64,000 nucleotides of DNA from Terriglobia bacterium (GTDB taxonomy: Bacteria > Acidobacteriota > Terriglobia > Acidiferrales > UBA7541). Shown here piece after piece: positions 48,905 through 58,454 of this stretch. The position numbers and the translations under genes are program-made. Position 1 is the stretch's first letter. Each line of letters begins with the position of its first letter. The notes beneath the pieces are model-generated. The model had not been told where the DNA came from. It saw only the letters and a list, made by a program, of their open reading frames with translations, and did no database searches. The DNA lies in the NCBI GenBank assembly GCA_963695545.1, contig OY968796.1, positions 1,088,001 to 1,152,000 on the forward strand, given 5' to 3'.

Positions 48905-49618
48905 CTATCCGCTCCGCGCGGAATCATGCGCCAGCAGAATTTCCTTCGCCCGCGCCTGAAGGCCCGGAACCAGCCAGCGGAACAGCAACGTCGCCGCAAT
49001 TCCCCCCAGAAATTGCGCCGCAACGAACGGCGCGACATCTCTGGGCCGTATGCCCGCGAACGTGTCGCTCAAACATCGCGCAATCGTAACCGCCGGATTC
49101 GCAAACGAAGTTGACGCCGTGAACCAGTACGCCGCCGTGATGTACGCTCCGACGGCGAACGGCACCGCGCTTGATCGCAGCCGCGAACAACCCCAAATCA
49201 CCGACATCAGCCCAAACGTCGCCACAAACTCACTAAAGACTTGCGCGGGTCCGCTTCGAGTGTGACGCGAATACGAAACGACTGGCAGCCCGAACATCAT
49301 GTGCGCAACAATGGCCCCGCTGATCCCGCCCGCGATCTGAACCACCGCGTAACAAGGCGTCTCCTTCCAAGGCAGCCCACGCTCGAATGCGTCCATCAGC
49401 GTGACGACCGGATTCAAGTGCGCGCCGGAGATCCCGCCGAACGCGAAAATCAGCGCCACCAGCGCGGCGCCCGTGGCCACCGTGTTCGCAAGCAGCGCCA
49501 AGGCGACGTTTCCGCCCGCCAGCCGCTCTCCCATAATCCCGGATCCAACAACGGCGGCCACGAGGAACGCGGTGCCAATGAACTCCGCGACAACCCTTCG
49601 CGCCAGCGACGCTCTCAT
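48905..49618 (-). CDS. MIP/aquaporin family channel (AqpS-like, ars operon)
   Basis: SGAHLNPVVT and STSFANPAVT motifs; ATGA overlap with arsC. Confidence 0.9.
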   Translation of the reverse strand: MRASLARRVVAEFIGTAFLVAAVVGSGIMGERLAGGNVALALLANTVATGAALVALIFAFGGISGAHLNPVVTLMDAFERGLPWKETPCYAVVQIAGGISGAIVAHMMFGLPVVSYSRHTRSGPAQVFSEFVATFGLMSVIWGCSRLRSSAVPFAVGAYITAAYWFTASTSFANPAVTIARCLSDTFAGIRPRDVAPFVAAQFLGGIAATLLFRWLVPGLQARAKEILLAHDSARSG

Positions 49619-50106
49619 TCGTGTCCGATGCGATCGATTTCTTTCTTGATGGCGAGCTTGTCCAGACTCGAGAGTGGCAAACACAAAAACAGACTGATCC
49701 TGCGATCGAGGATCATGAACGCGTCTCGGAATGCCTTTTGGATTTGTTCCGGTGTGCCGGCCACCGCCGCCGGATCAGCCACGCCCCAATGAGCCGTCAT
49801 CGGCTGGCCGGGCCAAATCGGGCAAACTTCCTTGGCCGCGTTGTCGCACACTGTGAAAACAAAATGAAGCTCAGGCGCGCCGGGCTTGGCGAATTCGTCC
49901 CAATTCTTGCTGCGCGCGCCATCCGTAGGCAAGCCCGCAATCTCAAGCTGTCGCAGCGCCTCTGGACGAACTCGCCCTGTCGCGTGGCTCCCCGCGCTGT
50001 ACGCGGTGAAATTTGGCCGCCCTTTTCGATTCATGATCGCCTCGGCCATGATCGAGCGCGCCGAATTCCCTGTGCATAGAAACAGAACGTTGTATTGCCC
50101 TTGCAT
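49615..50106 (-). CDS. arsC: Arsenate reductase, LMW-PTP type
   Basis: VLFLCTGNSARS, TVCDNAAKEVCPIWPG and HWGVADPA. Confidence 0.93.
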   Translation of the reverse strand: MQGQYNVLFLCTGNSARSIMAEAIMNRKGRPNFTAYSAGSHATGRVRPEALRQLEIAGLPTDGARSKNWDEFAKPGAPELHFVFTVCDNAAKEVCPIWPGQPMTAHWGVADPAAVAGTPEQIQKAFRDAFMILDRRISLFLCLPLSSLDKLAIKKEIDRIGHE

Positions 50107-50126
50107 CGCTGAATTCTCGATTCGCT

Positions 50127-50987
50127 CTAGTTGCAGCAGGTGGGTCCGCAGCAGGTCTTTTCGCCCAAGCTGCCGGGTTTGACGGCCCTGATGAACGCGC
50201 TCATGAACTTCCCGTCCACCTGCGGCGCCAAAGCATCCACATCCAAACCTTCTCCGGCCAGAAATTCCCGCGCGTCCTCCAAGCGATAAATGCGCGTCGG
50301 CTCGATTTCGATCTCTCCAAATCCGGCGCGATCCAGTTTGCTCCGGTATTCCCACTCATCGAGCGCTCCCGCGATGCATCCAACCCACAACAGCACGCTC
50401 TTACGAATTTCCGGCAGGATTTCTCCGCGAGTCACGACGTCGGAGACAGCCAAGCGGCCGCCCGGTTTCAGCACCCGAAAAGTCTCCCGGAGCACGCGAT
50501 CCTTGTCCGCCGAAAGATTGATCACGCAGTTTGAAATCACCACGTCCACGGAATTGTCCGGCAGCGGGATGCGCTCGATTTCGCCCTTCACAAATTCCAC
50601 GTTCTCGATCCCGGCTTTCCGCTTATTTTCATTAGCCAGCGCCAACATTTCGTCCGTCATGTCGAGGCCATACGCCTTACCGGTGGGCCCCACTCGTTTC
50701 GCCGAGAGCAGAACGTCGATCCCGCCCCCTGACCCCAAGTCGAGCACCACCTCGCCCGGATTCAATTTCGCAAGGGCTGTCGGATTCCCGCACCCCAGCG
50801 AAGCCATCATGGCCTCGGCTGGAATTTGATCCGCCTGCGACGCGTCATAAAGACAGGAAGTAATCGGGTCCGCGCCCGAACCGCCAGCCGCGGTGGCTCC
50901 GCAACACGCGCTTCCGCCGCGATTCACTCGCAGCGCGGCCTGCCCATATCTTTCCTTCACCGCGTCTCTTAAGTCTTCGCCGCTCAT
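50127..50987 (-). CDS. arsM: Arsenite S-adenosylmethionine methyltransferase
   Basis: SLGCGNP, VLDLGSGGGID, ISNCVINLS, WVGCIAGA and C-terminal CCGPTCC. Confidence 0.93.
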   Translation of the reverse strand: MSGEDLRDAVKERYGQAALRVNRGGSACCGATAAGGSGADPITSCLYDASQADQIPAEAMMASLGCGNPTALAKLNPGEVVLDLGSGGGIDVLLSAKRVGPTGKAYGLDMTDEMLALANENKRKAGIENVEFVKGEIERIPLPDNSVDVVISNCVINLSADKDRVLRETFRVLKPGGRLAVSDVVTRGEILPEIRKSVLLWVGCIAGALDEWEYRSKLDRAGFGEIEIEPTRIYRLEDAREFLAGEGLDVDALAPQVDGKFMSAFIRAVKPGSLGEKTCCGPTCCN

Positions 50988-50997
50988 CGCCTCGCTC

Positions 50998-51354
50998 CTA
51001 TTTGCATATCTGAACCACGTCTTGCGGCCGCACCGCCTTATTTCGCGTGCAACATTCCGCATAGAGGAATTGCAGAACCTCCTGCAGCGCTTCGACGTTT
51101 GCGGTGTAGTGCAGAAACGTACTCTCCCGGCGCACCAGCACAAGATCCTCGTTCTTCAATTTGTCCAAGTGATGCGAAAGCGTCGAGCTCGGAATCTCCA
51201 GCTCGGCCTGAATCTCTCCGGCAACCAGCCCCTCCGGATGCGCCGAGAGCAACAATTGCATGATCCTCAGCCGCGGCTCTGCCCCCATCGCCGAGAACAT
51301 GTCCGCATACCTGGCTACGCGCTCCGTATTCTTCTTGCTCTCACTGATCGACAT
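50998..51354 (-). CDS. arsR: ArsR/SmtB repressor with C-terminal Cys-Cys
   Basis: RLRIMQLL...STLSHHL...FLYAECC; heads the ars operon. Confidence 0.92.
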   Translation of the reverse strand: MSISESKKNTERVARYADMFSAMGAEPRLRIMQLLLSAHPEGLVAGEIQAELEIPSSTLSHHLDKLKNEDLVLVRRESTFLHYTANVEALQEVLQFLYAECCTRNKAVRPQDVVQICK

Positions 51355-51389
51355 ATTTCGATGGTTGCGGAAATAGCGAGTAATGTCAA
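51354..51389 (-). promoter_or_regulatory. arsR leaderless-type promoter overlapped by an imperfect palindrome
   Basis: TTGACA-17-AACCAT-6-ATG; TATTTC-N10-GAAATA overlaps the -10 and start. Confidence 0.6.
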
Positions 51390-51628
51390 GCCATTCCTCG
51401 CGCCACCGGGCCTCAACGGATCCGTTCCCAACCCACGCCCGCCGAAAACGAAATCTTAGGAAGTGGACGCAGGCGCGACGGCACCGCCCTCTTCAACTGG
51501 GGCGCGGACGTAACAGGAAACCGGTGTCAGTGCTTCGAAGCGATCGATTGTCGAGCGGCGGCGCGGATGACATCGATCACCGAGTTCGGGTTGGCGAGCG
51601 TGGGGGCGTGCCTGGTTGCGATCGAAGG

Positions 51629-52327
51629 TCACCGCAGCTGTTGACGTAGAAATTCGCTTGTCCGCCCGTTCGCGAGAGTTGCCGCGGCGGCATTGTAGTG
51701 TGCGCCATTGTGCCGAGAGAACGCATGATTCTGACCCGGATAGCTGTAGACTGTCGTGTTTGGTTTCTTAGCAAGCGCCGCTTTAATCTCAGCTTGCGCG
51801 GCCTTGGAAATGAACTCATCCTCCTCGGCCAGATGCATTAGAAGTGGCGCATTAAGCCCATCGACCTCGCCTAGATATTTTTCGGTGTCGCCGCCGTGAT
51901 AAGCGACCGCGGCGTCGACGCCGTGGCAACGCACGGCTGTGAGAAAGACCATCAGCGCACCGAGGCAATAGCCGAGGAGCGCGACCTTCCCGTTGCACTC
52001 CGGCAGATTGCGCACGGCGTTGACGGTGTCCTTGACGTCCCTGGCGCCGGCGTCTCGGTCATAAGCTGCGTACAGACGAAGGCCGTGTTGCCAGTCGGCC
52101 TCGGAGGTGACGGTGAGGTCGACGCCCGGCTCCTGACGCCAGAAGAGGTCTGGCGCAACGGCGAGGAAGCCTTGTTCCGCCAGTTCGTCGCAATGTTTGC
52201 GGATGTCGGCGTTCACACCGAACAGCTCCTGCAGAACGACGACAGCGGGAGCCGGCACGGTTTTCGGTCTTGCTATATAGGCGGCGAACGCGCCGTCATG
52301 TCCTGCTACCGTGATGTAATCGTTCAT
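51629..52327 (-). CDS. Dienelactone hydrolase family protein
   Basis: QELFGVN, GYCLGA nucleophile elbow and YPGQNHAF. Confidence 0.92.
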   Translation of the reverse strand: MNDYITVAGHDGAFAAYIARPKTVPAPAVVVLQELFGVNADIRKHCDELAEQGFLAVAPDLFWRQEPGVDLTVTSEADWQHGLRLYAAYDRDAGARDVKDTVNAVRNLPECNGKVALLGYCLGALMVFLTAVRCHGVDAAVAYHGGDTEKYLGEVDGLNAPLLMHLAEEDEFISKAAQAEIKAALAKKPNTTVYSYPGQNHAFSRHNGAHYNAAAATLANGRTSEFLRQQLR

Positions 52328-52416
52328 GGTGTTCTCCTCGGATGACGAAATTCATCCAGGCCTCCGCCGATGCGGTCGTCTGGATCGGCGGAGACCCACT
52401 GTCGAGTGAGGCGGTT

Positions 52417-53118
52417 TCAGCCGGCGGCACGCATCGAGGCCGCAGCCGCAGCAGCCTCTTCGATGAGCTTGGCTGTTTCCTTCGGATGAGACACGTAGGC
52501 CACATGGCTCGACTTCACTTCGACCGTCTTGGCCTTGGCGCGCTTCGCCATCATGCGCTCCTGATCCGGATTGATCGACCGGTCTTCGCTGGCCACCATG
52601 TACCAGGTGGGCTTGTTCTTCCAGGCGGGCGACTTAACCTGATGGGTGAACGAGTCGGTGGAGATTGGCACTTGCGAGATGGCCATGAACCACGCCTTCT
52701 CCGGCGGAATATCCGCTGCGAAGTCGGCCGCGAAATGCTCCTGATCTATCCACCAGTTGTTATTGCTGTCCGGCGTGAACGCCTTGGACGCTTGCGGCAG
52801 AGCCTGTTCGATCGACGCACAGCTCTCGCCTTCGTCGAGCGCAAATGCGGCAATGTAGACGAGCGCCACAACCTTTGGATGATTGCCGGCCTCGGTGATG
52901 ATGGACCCTCCATAACTGTGGCCCACCAGAACCACTGGCCCGTCCATGGCGTCGATGGCCGCCTTCGTGTACTTTTGGTCGTCGGCGTAGGAGGTTTCCG
53001 GGGGCTGCGCCACCGACACCTTGTAACCATCATTCTTCAGGATGTTAGCGACGGGTTCCCAACCGGAGCCGTCGGCGAATGCACCGTGCACCAGAACCAC
53101 GTTCTTGATGTTCGTCAT
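52417..53118 (-). CDS. Alpha/beta hydrolase
   Basis: VLVHGAFADGSGW and LVGHSYGG; AGGAG SD. Confidence 0.92.
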   Translation of the reverse strand: MTNIKNVVLVHGAFADGSGWEPVANILKNDGYKVSVAQPPETSYADDQKYTKAAIDAMDGPVVLVGHSYGGSIITEAGNHPKVVALVYIAAFALDEGESCASIEQALPQASKAFTPDSNNNWWIDQEHFAADFAADIPPEKAWFMAISQVPISTDSFTHQVKSPAWKNKPTWYMVASEDRSINPDQERMMAKRAKAKTVEVKSSHVAYVSHPKETAKLIEEAAAAAASMRAAG

Positions 53119-53361
53119 GGTTACTCTCCTCTTCAGTTTGAGCTTCAACGAGTCATGCAAGTTCTGTGTAATCGACCCGCGCATCAAGGTAGGCGCACGC
53201 AACCTCTCCGCTCTTGCAGGATTTTGCGGATTTTGTTGTTTTCTGTCGGGACATGGACGTATGGGCTTGCCCAGGTATGGGGTCGCCGAATGAAGATCTA
53301 GCAAGTAAGCCGTACCGGACGCTTGAAGGGTAAGCGCAACCTTCCGCCGATTCGTAAGGGA

Positions 53362-54354
53362 TTAGGCAGGGTTCTTAGGTTCGATAGCTCTGGCGGCGAT
53401 GTAGCGGCGCCATTGTCCCGGGCTGATTCCCATTACTTGGCGGAAGGTGCGCGTGAAGGCGGCCTGATCGCCGAAGCCGGACTGAATTGCTATGTCCGCA
53501 ATCGGCGTGGTCGTCTGCCGAAGTAATTCTTTGGCGTGCTCGATGCGACGCCCAATCAACCACCTATGAGGTGCCGTGCCGAAGGTCGCTTTGAATGATC
53601 GGGCAAAGTGACTCACGGAGAGCGAGCACTCGCGCGCAACTTCCGTTAGACGTATCCGACCATCCAAATTTTCCCGGAGTAGTTCCGCCGCGCGGCGCTT
53701 TTGCCAAGGGGCAAGACCGCCTTTGGAAACCTCGCCCATTTTTTGGAGTACACCGTACCGTTGAAGCAGATGCGCTCCCAAAATCAGGCTGAACTGATCG
53801 AGCGCAAGCAGCGAGGGACCATCGCGGCGCCCGATAAAGGGGAGAATGCTCCTGGTGATCTGGGCTAGAACCAAATCGTCTTCGACAACCGATAACCTGT
53901 AACTGCGTACACGGCCGAAGCCAAGATCAGCTGCGATGTCATCAAGCTCGACACGCGGCACCGTGTAGTGAACGTAATCGAACGCCTTACCCGCCCAGCA
54001 GCTTGGTTCGGAATCGAAATCAATGACATTACTCCGAAACGACGGAATGATCGGGGTGGGTATAACTTTGTCTGCGACCCACACTTGGTAGCTATTGAGT
54101 GGCAAAGATTTGAGACAGATCGACACGAGCAGAGCTGGCACACTTGATACCTTCGTGATGCGATCAGGCAGTCCAGCTGATGACTCAAGGCGCGTTACCG
54201 TAAAAGTGCCTGGAGTACGAAACGGCGAGGGGACCGAGGAGCTCCGGTCCAATTTAATGTGAGTCGTAAAAGGGTCCTCGGACCAAGCTTCAGGCGAGTG
54301 CGTGAAATCCCGATTCTCTTCGCCGGTGCGAGTTTTATTCAAAGCAAACTCCAC
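53362..54354 (-). CDS. AraC-family transcriptional regulator
   Basis: GGLAPWQKRR, LSVSHFARSFK and GFGDQAAFTRTF. Confidence 0.9.
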   Translation of the reverse strand: MEFALNKTRTGEENRDFTHSPEAWSEDPFTTHIKLDRSSSVPSPFRTPGTFTVTRLESSAGLPDRITKVSSVPALLVSICLKSLPLNSYQVWVADKVIPTPIIPSFRSNVIDFDSEPSCWAGKAFDYVHYTVPRVELDDIAADLGFGRVRSYRLSVVEDDLVLAQITRSILPFIGRRDGPSLLALDQFSLILGAHLLQRYGVLQKMGEVSKGGLAPWQKRRAAELLRENLDGRIRLTEVARECSLSVSHFARSFKATFGTAPHRWLIGRRIEHAKELLRQTTTPIADIAIQSGFGDQAAFTRTFRQVMGISPGQWRRYIAARAIEPKNPA

Positions 54355-54510
54355 ACATAAGACGACCGGTCACCTTATCGCCGAAGAATATCAGCTTTTC
54401 TGCTCGTTTAGCGAAGGGCCTAAAAAGAGATTGAGATTTTCGGCAGGAATTAACAAATTCAGTCATTTTCGACAAGCCGGGGACGGGTGATTTTTTGCCA
54501 GATTCAATTT

Positions 54511-55107
54511 ATGTCTCCGAGTCAGGGCGAGATCTCACATCGAGAGCACGATCCGCGCGAAATGCTTCTGCTCTCCGCTGGCAAACTGTTTCAGGACGTC
54601 GGCTATGTCCAAGCGAGCATTTACCGTATCGCATCTGCGATAAACGCGCCTAAAGGCACTTTCTATAATTACTTCAGGAGCAAAGAAGACCTCGCATCGA
54701 GACTTGTAGATCGCCAGTTCGATGCCCTTCGTGAATCGCTTTCTCGCTCAACGGGTCATAGCGCGAGCCATCAACTGAAGAAACATTGCAGCTTCCTGGC
54801 AATAAAACCGCCGATGGTTGAAGTGGCCCCGCTCCAACTTCTGGCGACCCTCGCTGCGGAGGCACCGGCAATCCCCGTCGCCCTTACGCAACGTATCGCT
54901 CATGGCACAGACATCTGGATCGCTCATGTAAGCGACTTGATCTCACTCGCTCAGATAGAAAGCGGAACAACTGCGCAAGATCCCAAAAAGCTGGCGTCAC
55001 TGTTGGTCACTTGCTGGTACGGAGCGATCGTTCGTAGGAAATCGGACCCATCTTTGAAACTTCTCGAGGACTTTCTTCCGTTCTTCATCCGCAGCGGTGT
55101 CCCCTGA
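54511..55107 (+). CDS. TetR-family regulator (divergent)
   Basis: KGTFYNYFRSKEDL HTH; C-terminal WYGAIVR. Confidence 0.8.
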   Translation: MSPSQGEISHREHDPREMLLLSAGKLFQDVGYVQASIYRIASAINAPKGTFYNYFRSKEDLASRLVDRQFDALRESLSRSTGHSASHQLKKHCSFLAIKPPMVEVAPLQLLATLAAEAPAIPVALTQRIAHGTDIWIAHVSDLISLAQIESGTTAQDPKKLASLLVTCWYGAIVRRKSDPSLKLLEDFLPFFIRSGVP

Positions 55108-55203
55108 AAAGGACTTCTATCAAAATATTCTCTTTTCGAAAGACATCGCCGCCGTTCGAAGCGAACGAGGAACCAAGACCACGTCACTTTTCTACCCATT
55201 CTA

Positions 55204-55535
55204 TTCGAATAACTCATTCATTATCATTGACGTGCTGCTACTCTATATGCTAAACTCAGGTGTGCGCTGCGAACTGAAACTTTCGCCAAAGAACCTGCGG
55301 ACAACGCGCCGCGCCCCGCGCAACATTTGCGCATCAAGTGCGCATTCACGCGCAAAAAACGCCCCCGCAACTCCTTTCCTTTCAGGCTTATACGCACTCG
55401 TCCAAAAGAGTGCGCATCTCATTGAAAAAAAACGATATCAACACGCTTGTTTTCATACTCATCCGCACTCTTTCCCTGCAAATCCTTTGGTTACATCATT
55501 TTACATATTTGATACCGGGGGTGGATGGAGGGGCC
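55204..55535 (+). repeat. Dispersed promoter-bearing element, copy C
   Basis: TTCGAATA (55204), TTGACG (55227), 18 nt ending TGC, TAAACT, 5 nt, GTG 55262; 55359-55473 aligns without gaps to copy B; ends ACCGGGGG (55514). Confidence 0.7.
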
Positions 55536-55671
55536 CCTCGGAAATTATCCCAAAAATCGGGCAATGCTCAGGCGAGCCCACCGCCGGGCAACCATCTCCC
55601 GGACTTCGCACGATGCGTCGGGCGCATCTAACCTTCTATGATATAGTTCGCCAGTTGAAACGGTCGCTGCC

Positions 55672-56580
55672 ATGAGCAAACTTCGCGTCTCCGTCGTCGA
55701 GTTCCTGAACACCGCGCCACTGGTTTGGGGTTTCACCGACGGCCCGCTCGAAGGCCGCTACGATCTTTCCTTTGCCGTGCCCTCGCGCTGCGCCGATGAC
55801 CTGCGCGCAGGCCGCGTGGATATCGGCGTGATCCCCGCGATCGAATATCAGCGCATCGACAATCTTGAAATTCTGCCCGGCATGGCCGTGGCCGCCCGCA
55901 ACGAAGTGCGCAGCATCCTGGTGGTCTCGAAGCGCCCCATCGACCGCGTCCGTCGCTTCGCTCTCGATCGCAATTCGCGCAGCTCCATCGCTCTCGTTCG
56001 CCTTTTGTGCCGCGGCCTTTGGGGAATCGATCCTGAATTTGTGCAAGCCGCGCCCGATCCCGCAGCCATGCTTGCCGAAGCTGACGCCGCCCTTTTGATC
56101 GGCGATCCCGCTCTGCGCGTGCGCATGAAAGTGGATGCCCTCGCCAGCAAAACGCCCGGCGCCGGAGGCTGCTGCGGAGGCCGGGACGACGAGCAGCCGG
56201 TTCCGGGTGTCGACATGCTCTTCGTCTACGATGTCGCCCAGCAGTGGCGCGAGATGACGGGTCGTCCCTGCGTTCTCGCCGTGTGGGCCGCGCGCCGCGG
56301 CGTCGTCACGCGCGCAGTTCTGGACGATTTCGAGGCCTCAAAGGCGTACGGCCTGGCGCACCTCGAGGACATCGCCGAAGGCGCCGCGCTCAAACTCGAT
56401 TTGCCGCCACGCGCGCTCGAATCCTACTTGCGCGAAAATATCGACTATTCGCTCGACGACGAAAATCTCGCCGGCCTCGATCTGTTTTATCGCCTGGCCG
56501 CCTCTGCGAAATTGATCCCCGACGAGCGCCCGATCGAATTCGCCGCCGCGCCAGCATCGATCGCGCGCGCCGCGCGCTAA
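55672..56580 (+). CDS. mqnA: Chorismate dehydratase (futalosine pathway)
   Basis: FLNTAPL, SRSSIAL, LLIGDPAL and WREMTGRPCVLAVWA; adjacent to mqnC. Confidence 0.9.
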   Translation: MSKLRVSVVEFLNTAPLVWGFTDGPLEGRYDLSFAVPSRCADDLRAGRVDIGVIPAIEYQRIDNLEILPGMAVAARNEVRSILVVSKRPIDRVRRFALDRNSRSSIALVRLLCRGLWGIDPEFVQAAPDPAAMLAEADAALLIGDPALRVRMKVDALASKTPGAGGCCGGRDDEQPVPGVDMLFVYDVAQQWREMTGRPCVLAVWAARRGVVTRAVLDDFEASKAYGLAHLEDIAEGAALKLDLPPRALESYLRENIDYSLDDENLAGLDLFYRLAASAKLIPDERPIEFAAAPASIARAAR

Positions 56581-56625
56581 GAATATCAGGGGAATTTTCG
56601 CAGTAAGGAAGACAAGAAGCAGCCT

Positions 56626-57663
56626 ATGGGAATTTCGTCACAAGAAGCGCTCGATCTTTTCCGCTCCGACGACCTGATCGGCATCGGCATGGCGGCCATG
56701 GAAGTGCGCCGCAAAAAAACCGATCCGCGCGTGGCCACCTACCAGATCGACCGCAATATCAACTACACGAATTTTTGCACCGAGTATTGCTCCTTCTGCG
56801 CCTTCTATCGGCCTCTGGGCTCCCGCGAAGGCTATCTGCTCTCCTTCGAGTCCATCTACAAAAAAATCGAAGAGATGATCGAGCTCGGCGGCACCGGAAT
56901 TCTGCTTCAAGGCGGCCTGCATCCCGATCTGCGCATCGAGTATTACGAAAATCTGCTGCGCTCGCTCAAAGAGCGTTTTCCGCGCGTTCATCTGCACTGT
57001 TTTTCCGCGCCCGAAATCCTCTGCATCGCCGAAGTCTCCGGCCTTTCCGTGCGCGATACCATCGCGCGCCTGATCGCCGCCGGCCTTGATTCCATTCCCG
57101 GCGGCGGCGCCGAAATTCTGGACAACGAAATTCGCGCGCGCATCTCGCGCCTCAAATGCACCGTCGATGAATGGGTGGATATGCATCGCGTCGCCCACTC
57201 GCTCGGCCTGCGCACCACCGCCACCATGATGTTCGGCTGCGGCGAAGAATATCGCCATCGCGTGAATCATCTTGAAACCGTGCGCCGCATTCAGGAAGAA
57301 ACCGGCGGCTTCACCGCCTTTATCCCCTGGATGTTCGCGCCCGAGAACACGCCGCTCGGCAAAAAAGTGCCCGAAGCCACTGCGTTCGATTATCTGAAGA
57401 CTCTGGCCATCAGCCGCCTTTATCTCGACAACATCGATCACATTCAATCCAGTTGGCTCACGCCCGGAATCAAGATCTGCCAGCTCGGACTGCAGTTCGG
57501 CGCCGACGACATCGGCAGTATTCTGATCGAGGAAAATGTCGTCTTCGCCGCAGGCGTGCGCAACCGCACCAACGAAACCGAGCTTCGCCGCATCATTTTT
57601 GACGCCGGCTACACCCCCGCGCAGCGCGACACGCTCTATCGCTCATACGCTTTGAAATCTTAG
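56626..57663 (+). CDS. mqnC: Cyclic dehypoxanthine futalosine synthase (radical SAM)
   Basis: DRNINYTNFCTEYCSFCAFYR, LLQGGLHP, SIPGGGAEIL and EENVV. Confidence 0.92.
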   Translation: MGISSQEALDLFRSDDLIGIGMAAMEVRRKKTDPRVATYQIDRNINYTNFCTEYCSFCAFYRPLGSREGYLLSFESIYKKIEEMIELGGTGILLQGGLHPDLRIEYYENLLRSLKERFPRVHLHCFSAPEILCIAEVSGLSVRDTIARLIAAGLDSIPGGGAEILDNEIRARISRLKCTVDEWVDMHRVAHSLGLRTTATMMFGCGEEYRHRVNHLETVRRIQEETGGFTAFIPWMFAPENTPLGKKVPEATAFDYLKTLAISRLYLDNIDHIQSSWLTPGIKICQLGLQFGADDIGSILIEENVVFAAGVRNRTNETELRRIIFDAGYTPAQRDTLYRSYALKS

Positions 57664-57758
57664 CTTTTCTTGCGGTCTTGGTTTTGATTTAAGCCGTAAC
57701 GCTCTTTGAAAACTTATCTGAGTTCCTGGCGGGCCTCAAAAAGCTCGCAGTACAAGCT

Positions 57759-58379
57759 CTAGCCGGGTTTTGTGCGGCGAATCGGCTCGATGGTCACGAT
57801 CACTTCGTCGCCTTCAACCAGATCCAGCGGCATCACCGGCACCAGCGTGCCGCCCGCGTACCGCGCGCGCGTGCGAATCGGCCGCGCGATCGGCGCTGGC
57901 GCGGCGTTTCGCCCCGCGGTGTTGTCGAGCGCCGCATTCGCCACCGCGTCGGCGTCGGCGTTGCGTTCGCGCGGAATGTGTTCGAGCGCGAAATATTCGA
58001 GCGTCTTCGCGGCTTTCTGCGCGCGCTCATGCAGCGGCCGCAAATCGGCGCTGCGCACTTTGTAGTGGCCCTGCATCTGCCGCACCAGCAGCTCGGAATC
58101 GCTCTCGACGCGCAGTCTGCGAATTTCGCGCGCCGCCGCCGCATCGAGCGCCGCGATCAGTCCGAAGTATTCGGCCACGTTGTTGGTCGCGCGACCGATG
58201 TACTTGCCGAACGATTCGATGCGCGCGCCGTCCGGTCCGCGCAACACCACGGCGTACGCCGCCGGCCCCGGATTACCGCGCGCCGCGCCGTCAATCTGCG
58301 CGACGTGCACCGGCCCTATGGGCGCGCTCGCGGCCGGCTCGTGAAACAGCCGCCCCGCGTTTTTTGTGAACCGTTTCAT
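57759..58379 (-). CDS. Ribonuclease HI-like protein fused to a DUF104/AF2212-like domain
   Basis: IDGAARGNPGPA, ATNNVAEY, SDSELLVRQ and PRERNADAD; tail RARYAGGTLVPVMPLDLVEGDEVIV. Confidence 0.88.
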   Translation of the reverse strand: MKRFTKNAGRLFHEPAASAPIGPVHVAQIDGAARGNPGPAAYAVVLRGPDGARIESFGKYIGRATNNVAEYFGLIAALDAAAAREIRRLRVESDSELLVRQMQGHYKVRSADLRPLHERAQKAAKTLEYFALEHIPRERNADADAVANAALDNTAGRNAAPAPIARPIRTRARYAGGTLVPVMPLDLVEGDEVIVTIEPIRRTKPG

Positions 58380-58454
58380 GCGGGAAAATTGCGGAGCAGG
58401 CAGGTCGCGGCCAAGCAAAAATTGGCAGCAAGGGCTTGGGCTGGCGAGACGCGA

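Noticed and set aside
51400..51628. Distal end of the element family at the far side of the cargo (also 9660-9730 and 36520-36700)
   Set aside because: No shared motif, inverted end or target-site duplication was visible among the three regions.
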